Shown: piece after piece, positions 10,386 to 21,282 of the stretch
How positions within the stretch are numbered: the stretch's first letter is position 1
How the letters are laid out: each line of letters starts with the position of its first letter
Notes under the pieces: model-generated
Told to the model about the DNA's origin: nothing
What the model saw: only the letters and a program-made list of their open reading frames with translations
The model's database searches: none
Assembly (NCBI GenBank): GCA_051532035.1
Contig: JAOPTW010000047.1
Span: 1 to 64,000, forward strand
From: Fibrobacterales bacterium
Lineage (GTDB): Bacteria; Fibrobacterota; Fibrobacteria; Fibrobacterales; JAOPTW01
Direction of reading: 5' to 3'
DNA: 64,000 bases
Translations under genes and position numbers: made by a program

Positions 10386-10567
10386 GACCTCTTTATAAAA
10401 ATGATTGATCAAAATGGACGCCAATCTCACATTGACACTTGATTCTCCCTCTATGCAATCCTACATTTTAAACACCTCTTATTGTCTCGAATCATTATGA
10501 TTCATACTAGATATATACCCGACAAAAGAGAGAGAGCAAACCGGACACACATACCACAGGAAACGTT

Positions 10568-11173
10568 ATGCCAATAAGTGTATACACTATATCCATACTC
10601 ACCTTTATAATAACCTTATCACAGTGTGTTGTAGAAGAACAGAATCTACCAACAATATCTGCCGTCCCTCCCTCTTCATCTCAAATTATCCTCTCTTCAT
10701 CCTCAAACGCCTCCGACACATCTGAAATGGACTGGGCTGATTTTTTCGGGTCTTCTTTCGCTCAAAATGACACAACAACTAATAGCACATCAAGTAGCAG
10801 CGAACCCCTCATACTCTCTTCAAGCTCAATTTCTATTCCAGCATCATCATCTTCCAGCTTTGATACTATTCCTCATTTTTTAATTGATGTCGCAGACTCT
10901 CTATCAAGCCTTGAAACCTCTTTTGATTATATTGGTGGTAAGCTACTTTCAAACAATTTACTTCCCAGCCAAGAAACAAACTTTCAAGGTATATTATCAA
11001 CATTCTTAAATAATATGTATGGATTAAAAGATCAAATATTAGTCACCCAATCCACTGCTTCATCACTGCAAGATAGTACTAAAATTGATTCTCTTGTGGT
11101 TGTAATGGACTCCCTTTCTACTGCACTCACCCCATTACTTCCCGACTCTCTGGATACTGAAAGTACTCCATAG
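10568..11173 (+). CDS. Ser-rich putative lipoprotein
   Basis: Hydrophobic N-terminus ending LSQC, poly-Ser linkers, helical C-terminal part. Confidence 0.6.
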   Translation: MPISVYTISILTFIITLSQCVVEEQNLPTISAVPPSSSQIILSSSSNASDTSEMDWADFFGSSFAQNDTTTNSTSSSSEPLILSSSSISIPASSSSSFDTIPHFLIDVADSLSSLETSFDYIGGKLLSNNLLPSQETNFQGILSTFLNNMYGLKDQILVTQSTASSLQDSTKIDSLVVVMDSLSTALTPLLPDSLDTESTP

Positions 11174-11191
11174 AAACCCCGTCAATACTTT

Positions 11192-14100
11192 CTAGCCGTT
11201 CTCATTTTGAATAAAAAGAGTCAAGGCACCGACGAGCTCCTGAACATCTACCGTTAAGCGATCTCTTCCTATAGAATACCCCTGGGAACCCTTGCTCTCA
11301 ACTTCAAGTTTAGTCAACGTTTCTGCTAACCGTTGGCCACCTATGTTAATAGTAGCCCCTTTTAAAGAGTGAGCCAATGCCATAACCTGAGCATGCTCTT
11401 CATCTTCAATTGCACTACAGAGTAGTTCACTCTCTTCATGAATAGATTTAAGATAGAGACCAATAATATTTTTTGCAAGCCCCATATCATTCATAGTTCT
11501 TCGAAGTAACAGTTCATCATTAAAAACTTCATACTGTTCCTCTACGGCTCTCTTTACCCATTTAATTACTTTTTCTCGTACTAAATCTCGTACAATAGGT
11601 TTTGAGAGAAAGTCGTTCATCCCCACGGCAAAACACTCCTTTGAACCTGCATGGGCAGTAAGAGCAATAATTGGCACCTCCTTACACTCTTCCCCCGCCT
11701 TTCCAGAACGAATAATTCTTGTGGTCTCGATACCATCCATCTCTGGCATTTGCACATCCATAAAAATTATATCAATCGGGTTCTTCTGCAATAATTCAAT
11801 AGCTTTTTTTCCATTTTCTGCAATCATCACTGAAAGACCAAGCTTATCCATAACCTTAGAAGCGACTCGTTGATTCAGTTTATTATCTTCTACAATCAAA
11901 ACAAGGCCACTAAGTTTAGCCGCCTCATTCTTTTCATAAGTCGCAATATCTTTCACAGGCTTCTTTGCCTGAGTCGACTCTGAAACATCCGGGAGCCAAT
12001 TATTTAATTTTTCTTTCAATTCGTATGGGTCAATAGGCTTTGTCAAATAGTCATTCATTCCTGAATCAAAACAGAGGTCCTTATCTTTTTGCATAGCTCC
12101 AGCAGTCAGAGCGATAATAGGAATGGCACTATCAATCCCTTCAATACCCTGACGTATTTCTCTTGTCGCCTCTAACCCATCCATAACAGGCATCTGTACA
12201 TCCATCAACACAAGATCATAACATATAGACTGAAGCGCATCGATAGCCTCTTTGCCATCGGCAACAGCATCAGCTCTCAGCCCAAATTTTTTCAACACAT
12301 TTGTCGCTACTTGCTGATTAATCATATTGTCATCCGCAACTAAAATTCTTCCCTGCTTGTTGAGTATTACATCACGGGACTCTCGCACTGTATGCCGCGT
12401 TGAGAGTGGTGCACCACTCTCTTTTGTCAAGCATTCACTTAAGACTCCCTGAAGTTCTTCTTTATGTACAGGAAGCGTCAGATACCCATCAAATCCTATT
12501 TCCTGACACACTCGCGCATCACCTCTATCACCGAGTGCGGTTAACAAAATCAATTTTACCCCATCATATTGACGGTCCTTTCTTAAAAAGGCGCCAAGCA
12601 TCTCACCATTTTTTTCAGGCAAATGCATATCAATCAATGCAATCGAGTAAGATTCCCTTTTAATATGTGCGGAATGAAGTTTTGCAATAGCATCACTAAA
12701 AGAGTCGGCATAATCCAACAAAACACCCGCTGAAGCGAGCTGATCTCCTAAGATTCGTCGTCCATCATTTTCGGGAGACACCACTAAAGTTCGCAATTTT
12801 TCAAAGGCAATTTCAGTGAGCACTTTAGGCTTTTGAGGCTCTTCTTGCACTTCGAAAGCGACGGTAAACCAAAATGCAGAACCTTTGCCCAGAGTACTCT
12901 CTATTCCCACCTCACCCCCCATCAATATTGAGAGTTGCTTAGAGATTGCGAGCCCAAGACCAGTACCTCCATATTTTCGGGTTGTAGAACTATCTGCCTG
13001 AGTAAACTTTTCAAACAAAGTACCCAATTTATCTTGAGCAATACCAAGCCCTGTATCTACCACAGAAAATTTAAGAATCGCCTTGTCACCTTCCCTCGAC
13101 ACCAAAGAAACATGAATAGTCACCGATCCTTGTTCAGTAAACTTAAAGGCATTACCCACAAGATTATTCAACACTTGTCTTACGCGACCAGGATCACCTT
13201 GTAACAAGGTTGGCACACCAGCATCAACGAAACATTCATAGCGGAGTTCTTTCTCTGAAGCACGGTAGACCATCATCGAAGAAAAGTCATCGAGTAATCC
13301 CTGCAAATCGAAATTGATCAATTCTAAGTCGAGCTTGCCTGCCTCTATTTTTGAGAAATCTAAAATATCATTGATGAGCCCTAAGAGAGACTCAGCACTT
13401 GACCTGACAGTCTCTGCAAACCGCCGCTGCTCACTACCTAAATCAGTATCAAGGAGTAGTCCTGTCATCCCAATAACACCATTCATGGGAGTACGAATTT
13501 CATGACTCATGTTGGCGAGAAATTCACCTTTTGCAACATTTGCCTCTTCCGCTTTTTTTCTAATTACTTCGAGCTCAGAAATATCAGAATCTACAAGAAT
13601 AACCTGTTTTACTTCTCCACTCTCTGACAAAATCGGTGTGAGAGTACTATGGCTCCAGAGTTCAATACCATTAGCTGAAGTAAGGGATATTTTAAAATGA
13701 ATAGGTTTTTTTTCAGTAACACACTCCTCGAGTATCTCATGAGTATGCTCTCCATAAAAACTGCTCATGGTATCTCTATCCATAGCATGCAATTCATTAA
13801 GCCCCCAACCATAGAGTCTTTTATACCCTTCATTTATCCATTGAAAGACACCTCTCTCATCACAAATGGCAACACCATTATCAATTTCACGTGCAACAAC
13901 AGAGAGCATCTCAAGTTCTTTAGTTCTCAAAGCCACTTGCTCCTTGAGCAATATGGTACGTTTTTTAAACCGGTAAAGTCGATAGCGATACAGAGCAACC
14001 CCAAAAACAAGCAACAGCACTCCAAAAAACACAATAAAGGGTATTATACTGGTCACATAGGGAATAGAGATAGTTAGATATTGATCTGTATTTGTATCTA

Positions 14101-14260
14101 TCGTTACTATGGTATCTCGGTTAAATACCACGGCATGTTCATTAGATGCTGTATCCCCAATCAAAAGATGCCCTTGAGCCAAACCAACAAAAAAAAGCAC
14201 CACTGTTATTACAGAGTTGATATAAGAAAATCTAACTGTACGTTTATTAAGTAATGTCAC
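11192..14260 (-). CDS. Hybrid sensor histidine kinase (TM-PAS-HisKA-HATPase-REC x3-Hpt)
   Basis: [16 protein letters not shown]-box, [23 protein letters not shown], three receiver-like domains, AHSLKG Hpt motif. Confidence 0.95.
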   Translation of the reverse strand: MTLLNKRTVRFSYINSVITVVLFFVGLAQGHLLIGDTASNEHAVVFNRDTIVTIDTNTDQYLTISIPYVTSIIPFIVFFGVLLLVFGVALYRYRLYRFKKRTILLKEQVALRTKELEMLSVVAREIDNGVAICDERGVFQWINEGYKRLYGWGLNELHAMDRDTMSSFYGEHTHEILEECVTEKKPIHFKISLTSANGIELWSHSTLTPILSESGEVKQVILVDSDISELEVIRKKAEEANVAKGEFLANMSHEIRTPMNGVIGMTGLLLDTDLGSEQRRFAETVRSSAESLLGLINDILDFSKIEAGKLDLELINFDLQGLLDDFSSMMVYRASEKELRYECFVDAGVPTLLQGDPGRVRQVLNNLVGNAFKFTEQGSVTIHVSLVSREGDKAILKFSVVDTGLGIAQDKLGTLFEKFTQADSSTTRKYGGTGLGLAISKQLSILMGGEVGIESTLGKGSAFWFTVAFEVQEEPQKPKVLTEIAFEKLRTLVVSPENDGRRILGDQLASAGVLLDYADSFSDAIAKLHSAHIKRESYSIALIDMHLPEKNGEMLGAFLRKDRQYDGVKLILLTALGDRGDARVCQEIGFDGYLTLPVHKEELQGVLSECLTKESGAPLSTRHTVRESRDVILNKQGRILVADDNMINQQVATNVLKKFGLRADAVADGKEAIDALQSICYDLVLMDVQMPVMDGLEATREIRQGIEGIDSAIPIIALTAGAMQKDKDLCFDSGMNDYLTKPIDPYELKEKLNNWLPDVSESTQAKKPVKDIATYEKNEAAKLSGLVLIVEDNKLNQRVASKVMDKLGLSVMIAENGKKAIELLQKNPIDIIFMDVQMPEMDGIETTRIIRSGKAGEECKEVPIIALTAHAGSKECFAVGMNDFLSKPIVRDLVREKVIKWVKRAVEEQYEVFNDELLLRRTMNDMGLAKNIIGLYLKSIHEESELLCSAIEDEEHAQVMALAHSLKGATINIGGQRLAETLTKLEVESKGSQGYSIGRDRLTVDVQELVGALTLFIQNENG

Positions 14261-14463
14261 AAAATTCCGTGTAATAATTAAGCAGCTATGATTCTATTAT
14301 ATCACTAAAGCAATTTAGAATCAATTATTACTCTCAAAGATTAGCTTTTAGAATTTTTAGGATCTTTATGCCGGTAATTACCCAGATGGTCGTGAATAAT
14401 CTCTATGAAATGCTATTTTATAGAGCTCAAACACATGTAAATTAACCCTATTTAGGAGAAACA

Positions 14464-14844
14464 ATGAGAATCATACAACTATTTGTATTAACTACTTTTT
14501 TAATTTCAGGATTTATTGGATGTGAAATTACTGTGACAGAACCTGCCCCAACTGTTGGGTCTATCAAATTTGTCAATAAGGTAGAACAAGAACTTGTCGG
14601 TGTAAACACTATAAAATATAGCATAAGAAACATCTCTACACTTAATCAAAGTTGGCAAGAAACCATCAGCTTTGGCAGTACCAGCGAAACTAAAGAAGTT
14701 TCTGTACATACAGGTACTCTTGTTATTAGTGGAGAAATTAAGAGCTCTGTCGACTCTGAATGGACTGCTGGGACATGGAATATTGACCAAAATATAGTAG
14801 CAGGTGAAACTGCAACTATTTTCTTAGAACTTGAGGAAGAGTAA
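14464..14844 (+). CDS. Putative lipoprotein, beta-rich
   Basis: AGGAG RBS; lipobox FIGC; acidic C-terminus. Confidence 0.7.
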   Translation: MRIIQLFVLTTFLISGFIGCEITVTEPAPTVGSIKFVNKVEQELVGVNTIKYSIRNISTLNQSWQETISFGSTSETKEVSVHTGTLVISGEIKSSVDSEWTAGTWNIDQNIVAGETATIFLELEEE

Positions 14845-15053
14845 TGAAGAAGTACTTAATCGGAGCGCTTTCTGGTTTTCTAATAATGGGACTAATGGGT
14901 TTTACCCCTGCGAATAAAAAGAGTAAGAAAAAAAACATGCAATCGCAGATTGATATTTTAAAAGAACAAATGAATCAATTAAACGATCGTGTTACTTCAC
15001 TTGAGTTAAAGAAGAAATCGAAGAAAAGGAAGGGTGGCTTTAAAAAGCGCTAA
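14844..15053 (+). CDS. Small basic exported/membrane-anchored coiled-coil protein
   Basis: TAATG overlap with the upstream gene; signal-like N-terminus; heptad QIDILKEQMNQLNDRVTSLE; followed by a terminator. Confidence 0.65.
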   Translation: MKKYLIGALSGFLIMGLMGFTPANKKSKKKNMQSQIDILKEQMNQLNDRVTSLELKKKSKKRKGGFKKR

Positions 15054-15076
15054 TTTCCCCAAATAATCGCAGTTAT

Positions 15077-15110
15077 AGGCCCCCACCATTAAAGGTGAGG
15101 GCCTTTTTTT
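15077..15110 (+). terminator. Intrinsic terminator
   Basis: AGGCCCCCACC...GGTGAGGGCCT followed by a T-tract. Confidence 0.8.
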
Positions 15111-15168
15111 ATATACCCCTCATCAAAAAACAACTCACTTCTTATCACGCTCAGCAAATTCTCATAAT

Positions 15169-15186
15169 CGTAACAATAAGTTTACA
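15169..15186. promoter_or_regulatory. TGTAAA-N6-TTTACA-like box (copy 1)
   Basis: CGTAAC-AATAAG-TTTACA about 90 bp upstream of the large GH3 start. Confidence 0.5.
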
Positions 15187-15274
15187 CCTATTTTCAGTAA
15201 ATTTTTCAACATTTGTAGCTTACTTTACAAAAAAGTACCATACATTCACGAAACAATTGAGAGGGCACATTTCA

Positions 15275-18200
15275 ATGAAAACCATACTATCACCTTTGGT
15301 GAGAGTATCATTTCTTATGATACTCATAATCACCACTCTTGCCTCTGGGCAAAACCTCATTAAAAATGGGGATTTTACAAACAACACTACAAACTGGAAA
15401 CTAGGCACCTACGGCTCCAACGCATCTATGAGCGTTACTGCTGGCGAACTCAGAGTTTCAATAATCGATGGGGGCAGCGACATTTGGAGAGTTCAACTTC
15501 TTCAAGCCAACATCCCTCAAATACAAGGCAGCACCTATACTTTTAGCTTTGATGCCTACGCAACAGGAACCAAAGAAATTGATGCCCAAATTGAAAAAGA
15601 TGGAACACCATGGACAAACTACAGTAGTACTGGTGGACAATCAATTTCTACTACTCAGCAAAACTTCTCTTTTACCTATACAGTAACTGCAGAGACTAAT
15701 CCTTCTGCTCGTATCAGCTTTAATATTGGACTCAATGCACGAGACCTTTTTCTTGATAATATTTCAATTGTCGAAGGCTCATTGGTGGAATACACTCTCA
15801 CCACTTCAGCAACTGATGGTACTATTTTACCTGCCGGAGGCCTCTATCCTGAAAACACTTCAGTTGAGATGACCGCCGTTGCCGACTATGGATATATTTT
15901 TAGTAAATGGCTCATCGGTACTGATGAAATTACAGTGAACCCGACAACAGTAGTCATGGATATGGACCGCCTTGTAACTGCAGAGTTCGCACCACTTACT
16001 TCGCACAGCTTTTCTGCTGTCGTTGTAGGCGATGGATCACTCTCATCCTTTCAAGATTCCTACTTTGAAGGTGAAGCAGTAAGCCTTACTGCAACCCCAT
16101 TACCAGGATCACGTTTTGTCGGATACACTGGCACGCACGAATCAACAGCGTCACAACTTGATCTCACCATAGATCAGGATATCGACCTCGTAGCCACTTT
16201 TGAACAAGTACCAACACATCCCGTTACCACATCAATAGTCGGCAGTGGTGAATTTTCACCCGCTGTCCCACCTGTAGTTGAAGAGAATAGCTCTATTACT
16301 ATTACTGCAAGCCCTATTGGAAACTACGAGTTCACCCACTTTCTCATTGATGGTGCAATTGAAACAAGTAATCCTACTACTATCACTATTAATAATGCGA
16401 CTGCTATTGTTGCCCATTTTTCAAAAATTACTACTCCACTTCTTATATCACTCAATAAACCAGCCACATCTTCAACAAATGAAGGGAGCAACTACACCGC
16501 TTCTAAAACAGTCGATGGCGACGCCACTACTCGCTGGTCGAGTGACTTTAGTGACCCCCAATGGATTACTATTGATCTTGAAGCCCAATACCAGATCAAA
16601 AGCATCACTCTTGACTGGGAAACTGCAGCATCAAAAGCCTATGAAATAGAGGTCTCAGATGATAATACTACCTGGACAAGTATCTACTCAACATTGAATG
16701 GTAATGGTGGTACCGATAATTTGTCTGTTAATGGTCTCGGCCGCTATATTCGTCTTACCGGGACCTCTCGTACAACAGAATGGGGACACTCACTCTTTGC
16801 CTTTGATGTTTATGGACTTCCAGGAGTCACCTATGATCTTACCGTTACTACCGTTGGTAACGGAACGGTCACGCCAAACCAAGGTTCTTTTGTTGAGGGC
16901 GAAACTGTTGGGCTTACAGCAACTCCAGCAAGTGGGTCACGCTTTGTTGAATGGACTGGAGACCTTGTGGGCACTAATATTAATACAACCATCATTATGG
17001 ATGACCACAAAAACATTACAGCCTTATTTGAAGAAATTCCAACATACTTAGTTGAATACTCATCTATTGGAACAGGAAGTGGTTCAATTACCTCTTCAAT
17101 CTCTGGCCCACTGTTTGAAGAAGGTGCTATTGTTACCTTTACTGCTTCAGCAACAAGTGACTCACGCTTTATACAGTGGAGTGACGGCGTTACAGACCCC
17201 ATAAAAACTATTACAATCTCCGCACCTCTTACACTGACTGCAGAGTTTATGGCAATCCCAAGGTACACCCTTACCACCAATACCAGTGGTTTAGGTACCG
17301 GATCTGTTGAGATCTCTCCTGTACAAAGTGACTACATTGAAGGCGCTCTTGTATCCCTTCACGCCTCAGCAGCTATTGGATCACGATTTGTAGAGTGGCA
17401 AGGTGCTCTCACATCTACACAAGTAGATGCGCAATTGACTATGAGCAGCGACAAAGAGGTCACGGCAATCTTTGAGCCAATTCCTACATATACCATCACA
17501 ACGAGCACTACCGGCTCGGGAACTATCGCCCTTTCACCTGTCGGTGGCATCTATAATGAAGGTGACATCATAACCCTTACTGCTGAACCAACTCATTTTT
17601 GGCAACTCGACAGTTGGGGAGGTGCACTTTCTGGGTCTGACCTCACACACACCATCACCATAACAAGTGACCTTGTAGTAAGTGCTGCTTTCAGCGAGAT
17701 CCCCAATCAAGCTCCTATAGCTGATGCTGGCAGTGATCAATTTGCATACCCTCAAAACCTCATCACATTAGATGGCAGCAACTCCTCTGATCCGGATTTT
17801 CGTCCGAACCCCCTATCTTATACTTGGAGTCAGATAAGTGGTCCCACAATTGAGCTCAGCGACATCTCGGCAGTAAACCCAACCTTTACTCCAACGGACA
17901 TTGCAACATACACCTTTGCCCTTATAGTTTCTGATGGAGACCTCCCATCACCTGCTGATCAAGTGGTTATTACCATTGAAGAAGAAGTTACTGAAGAGCT
18001 CATATTTGCAGTAAATGCCGGTGGTTCTCTCTTTACTGATGACAATGGTATTGTGTATGAAGCCGACAACAACTACAGTGGTGGTAAAACGGCATCAACA
18101 ACAAAGGCGATCTCTGGAACTCAAAATGACAACCTTTACCAAACAGAGCGTTGGGGAGCATCAACCTATGCCATTCCAGCTACTCCTGGTGAATATCGTA

Positions 18201-20440
18201 TTGAGTTTCTCTTTGCCGAAACGTACTGGACCGCATCAAACAAACGAGTTTTTGATATTAGCGCCGAAGGTAACACGGTAATCAACAACCTCGATATTGT
18301 TAATGAAGTAGGCACCCTTACTCGCTATGACATCACTGTTGAAGACATTGTTGTTACTGATGGAACGCTCTCTATAGAGTTTCACAACGCATCGGTTGAC
18401 CAACCAAAAATCAGTGCCTTTCGAGTTTACAAAACTGCTGATATTTTTTATGGCGGATTTTCTGTAGATACTGAGTTTGGATCAGCACCACTTGCCGTGC
18501 AATTTACTGACCAATCATCTGATAAGACCATAAGTTGGGCTTGGGATTTTGGTGATGGCACGACTTCAATAGTTCAAAACCCACAACACACTTATAGTGC
18601 AAATGGAGTGTTTTCAGTTTCACTCACCATAACAAATGTTCACGGTGAAACGGTTGTTGTTACGAAAAATGACCTTATCGAAATTTCTGATGTTAACCCT
18701 TATGAAGCTCAAGCAGATGCACTCATCTCTCAAATGTCTCTTGAAGAAAAAATTGGACAGATGATTCAAGTTGAATACCCTTCTGTCTCACATTCAGAAA
18801 TAAGAGATTACGGTATTGGGTCAATTCTTGGTGGCGGAAGCTGGGTTCCAGGAAACAACACTGTAACAGACTGGTCAAATACTATTGACGGCGCACAAGA
18901 CGCTGCTATAAATTCACGACTTGGTATTCCTATGGTTTTTGCTGCCGATATGGTCCATGGCCATGCTAAATTATACGGTGCAACCGTTCTCCCTCACAAT
19001 ATTGGCCTTGGCGCAACGAACAACCCCGAACTTGTCTATGAGATGGGCCGAATCACTAAAGTCGAGGGCCTCGCAGCTGGAGTACCTTGGAACTTTGCCC
19101 CTTGTGTTGCCGTTGTACGCGATGAACGCTGGGGACGCACCAATGAAGGCTTTGGAGAAACACCCGATATTAATTCACGAATGGGTGACATGCAGATTCT
19201 TGGTATGCAAGGTGATGACGGAAGCTGGGAAATAGATATGGCACCATCTATTAAGCATTATCTTGGAGATGGTGGAACAGCATGGGGAAGCTCTGAAAGC
19301 GGCCGTATCAACCCGGGTGTTGCTTATCTCAATGATGCGGAAATCCGCTCTATTCACCTCCCTCCCTATGAGTCTGCAGTAGACCTCGACGTTGCATCAG
19401 TAATGATCAGTTATTCGAGCTGGCACAACACCGAAACTGGTGTTGAACGCCCAACACACCTTGATGGTTATCTTATTAATGATATATTAAAAGGTGAGCT
19501 TGGCTTTAAAGGAGTGGTACTCTCTGACTGGGATGGTATTTCTCGTGCAGGTGATGGCTATACCGCTTGGACAGTTGCTGATGGCATTAATGCTGGTATC
19601 GACATGGTAATGGTGCCTTCTGCCTGGAAAACATTCAGAAGTGCACTCATACAAGCCCACAGCAATGGCTGGGTCTCTATGAGCAGAATTAATGATGCTG
19701 TAAAACGCATACTCATGATGAAATATCGCTTAGGCCTTTTTGAAAATCCATGGGTTAAACGTGAACTTCACTCTCAAGTAGGCAACTCAGCACATAGAGA
19801 TCTCGCTCGTCAAGCAGTACGTGAGTCTCTGGTACTCCTTAAGAATGAAAACAATGCTCTCCCTATCAGTAAAAACGAAAAAGTTGTGGTTGTAGGCCCA
19901 TGGGCAAGTAGAATTGGTGCTCAAAGTGGTGGATGGACAATAGATTGGCAAGGTGATATTGATCACAACATAATCGGTACTTCGATCTATGACGGAATCA
20001 ATCAACTGGGTAACAATGTATGGTACGATGAATATGGTAACAACCTTGCCGATGCAGACGTTGTTGTTGTTGTTGTTGGAGAGTCTCCGTATGCAGAGAG
20101 CCAAGGTGATCACACTGATGGAAGCTCATCAGTGTATCTCTCACAAAACCCCCACGCTGATCTCGTTGGTAAAGTTGCAAACTCAGGTAAAAAAGTTGTT
20201 ACGGTTCTCCTCTCAGGCCGCCCTATGATCATCAATCCTGAATATAATGCATCCGATGCTTTTGTAGCCGCCTGGCTTCCTGGATCAGAAGGACTTGGCG
20301 TTGCCGAGGTGCTCTTTGGAGACTACAACTTTTCTGGTACTCTTCCTCATAGCTGGCCAGAAAGCTATAGCCAGATACCTATTAATCTTGGCGATGGACA
20401 AACTCCTAAGTTTATTTACGGATACGGCCTCACTTACTAG
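15275..20440 (+). CDS. Secreted multimodular GH3 beta-glucosidase/exo-glucanase: CBM4/9-like, InlB-B-like repeats, F5/8C (CBM32), PKD-like, malectin, PKD, GH3 N+C
   Basis: Probable ATG at 15275 (MKTILS..., signal peptide). NLIKNGDF; VDGDATTRWSSDFSDPQWITIDL; FAVNAGG...LYQTERWG; WAWDFGDG; SLEEKIGQM, RDERWGR, IKHY, VLSDWDG nucleophile, AWLPGSEG. Confidence 0.93.
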   Translation: MKTILSPLVRVSFLMILIITTLASGQNLIKNGDFTNNTTNWKLGTYGSNASMSVTAGELRVSIIDGGSDIWRVQLLQANIPQIQGSTYTFSFDAYATGTKEIDAQIEKDGTPWTNYSSTGGQSISTTQQNFSFTYTVTAETNPSARISFNIGLNARDLFLDNISIVEGSLVEYTLTTSATDGTILPAGGLYPENTSVEMTAVADYGYIFSKWLIGTDEITVNPTTVVMDMDRLVTAEFAPLTSHSFSAVVVGDGSLSSFQDSYFEGEAVSLTATPLPGSRFVGYTGTHESTASQLDLTIDQDIDLVATFEQVPTHPVTTSIVGSGEFSPAVPPVVEENSSITITASPIGNYEFTHFLIDGAIETSNPTTITINNATAIVAHFSKITTPLLISLNKPATSSTNEGSNYTASKTVDGDATTRWSSDFSDPQWITIDLEAQYQIKSITLDWETAASKAYEIEVSDDNTTWTSIYSTLNGNGGTDNLSVNGLGRYIRLTGTSRTTEWGHSLFAFDVYGLPGVTYDLTVTTVGNGTVTPNQGSFVEGETVGLTATPASGSRFVEWTGDLVGTNINTTIIMDDHKNITALFEEIPTYLVEYSSIGTGSGSITSSISGPLFEEGAIVTFTASATSDSRFIQWSDGVTDPIKTITISAPLTLTAEFMAIPRYTLTTNTSGLGTGSVEISPVQSDYIEGALVSLHASAAIGSRFVEWQGALTSTQVDAQLTMSSDKEVTAIFEPIPTYTITTSTTGSGTIALSPVGGIYNEGDIITLTAEPTHFWQLDSWGGALSGSDLTHTITITSDLVVSAAFSEIPNQAPIADAGSDQFAYPQNLITLDGSNSSDPDFRPNPLSYTWSQISGPTIELSDISAVNPTFTPTDIATYTFALIVSDGDLPSPADQVVITIEEEVTEELIFAVNAGGSLFTDDNGIVYEADNNYSGGKTASTTKAISGTQNDNLYQTERWGASTYAIPATPGEYRIEFLFAETYWTASNKRVFDISAEGNTVINNLDIVNEVGTLTRYDITVEDIVVTDGTLSIEFHNASVDQPKISAFRVYKTADIFYGGFSVDTEFGSAPLAVQFTDQSSDKTISWAWDFGDGTTSIVQNPQHTYSANGVFSVSLTITNVHGETVVVTKNDLIEISDVNPYEAQADALISQMSLEEKIGQMIQVEYPSVSHSEIRDYGIGSILGGGSWVPGNNTVTDWSNTIDGAQDAAINSRLGIPMVFAADMVHGHAKLYGATVLPHNIGLGATNNPELVYEMGRITKVEGLAAGVPWNFAPCVAVVRDERWGRTNEGFGETPDINSRMGDMQILGMQGDDGSWEIDMAPSIKHYLGDGGTAWGSSESGRINPGVAYLNDAEIRSIHLPPYESAVDLDVASVMISYSSWHNTETGVERPTHLDGYLINDILKGELGFKGVVLSDWDGISRAGDGYTAWTVADGINAGIDMVMVPSAWKTFRSALIQAHSNGWVSMSRINDAVKRILMMKYRLGLFENPWVKRELHSQVGNSAHRDLARQAVRESLVLLKNENNALPISKNEKVVVVGPWASRIGAQSGGWTIDWQGDIDHNIIGTSIYDGINQLGNNVWYDEYGNNLADADVVVVVVGESPYAESQGDHTDGSSSVYLSQNPHADLVGKVANSGKKVVTVLLSGRPMIINPEYNASDAFVAAWLPGSEGLGVAEVLFGDYNFSGTLPHSWPESYSQIPINLGDGQTPKFIYGYGLTY

Positions 20441-20462
20441 ATAGCGTTATCCAAAATATTTT

Positions 20463-20494
20463 TAAGGCTCCCTATCATAAAGGGAGCCTTTTTT
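20463..20494 (+). terminator. Intrinsic terminator
   Basis: AAGGCTCCCT...AGGGAGCCTT followed by a T-tract after the GH3 gene. Confidence 0.85.
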
Positions 20495-20530
20495 GTATCC
20501 CCTCTTTTATACAACCATACAGACGCCATA

Positions 20531-20548
20531 CGTAAACTTCTATTTACA
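20531..20548. promoter_or_regulatory. TGTAAA-N6-TTTACA-like box (copy 2)
   Basis: CGTAAA-CTTCTA-TTTACA about 78 bp upstream of 20626. Confidence 0.55.
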
Positions 20549-20625
20549 TTGAGCTCTTTTTACGCAACCACTCTGATTCGAGTATATATTATACCCAGCA
20601 CACTCTGCTCTATATTGGGGAATAT

Positions 20626-21132
20626 ATGGTTCAAAAAAAACTTTTATCCTACGAGAAGCACTACTTACTCCGAGAACTTCTTAAAAAGAAAGTGAAAATA
20701 CTTTTTACTCTTTCTCTGTTTAGTATGCTCACTATTGCCCTTACTTTTTTCATCGCCCATGACTACAGTGACAAAACATTCTCCCTTCTGGGTTTCGCAG
20801 GTATCGGGTTTTTAATCACCCTACTTGCCCTTACCTATTATACAGGTAAAAGCCTGTTTCACACAAAAATTACCGCATTTAACCTTCTCGATACTGAAGG
20901 CACTATTGAACACACCTGTATTATCGATGCTAAGCAGTCTTATTATTACTATTACAATGGCCATAGACTCAGAGTTCCCAAACAGTGGGAAGGGAGACTA
21001 CACAAGGCTCATATTGCAAAAGAAAAACGTCGATTCAGAATAGCACAATCACCATGTAAATCTCAAGATCATTATCTGCTCAAAGTATATGATAGTGAAT
21101 GGTGTGTGAGTAATAACTCTTGTACAGCCTGA
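20626..21132 (+). CDS. Hypothetical protein with two N-terminal TM helices
   Basis: GGGGA RBS; two hydrophobic segments followed by a soluble domain. Confidence 0.65.
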   Translation: MVQKKLLSYEKHYLLRELLKKKVKILFTLSLFSMLTIALTFFIAHDYSDKTFSLLGFAGIGFLITLLALTYYTGKSLFHTKITAFNLLDTEGTIEHTCIIDAKQSYYYYYNGHRLRVPKQWEGRLHKAHIAKEKRRFRIAQSPCKSQDHYLLKVYDSEWCVSNNSCTA

Positions 21133-21140
21133 TTAGGCAA

Positions 21141-21223
21141 ATATCATTCAGGAAAGCGCATCCAAGTAAGAAGCAGGAAAAATATCAAATATAGATTAGA
21201 GATACGCTTCCCTGAAGTGATAT
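21141..21223 (-). ncRNA. Candidate structured RNA element (22-bp stem, 38-nt loop)
   Basis: Arms ATATCATTCAGGAAAGCGCATC and GATACGCTTCCCTGAAGTGATAT. On the minus strand both substitutions are G-U pairs, with one bulge. Confidence 0.3.
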
Positions 21224-21282
21224 ATATAATCTAAGTCGTTATACCACGATCTTCCATACTCTTATTTCAAACTCACCTATTT

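Noticed and set aside
15095..15274. N-terminal extension of the large GH3 in the ORF track
   Set aside because: It starts inside the upstream terminator. The ATG at 15275 has an RBS-like GAGAGGG and begins a signal peptide.
20060..20077. (GTT)6 microsatellite as a phase-variation tract
   Set aside because: It encodes the ordinary Val-rich strand before GE.PYAE in GH3; it is in-frame and short.
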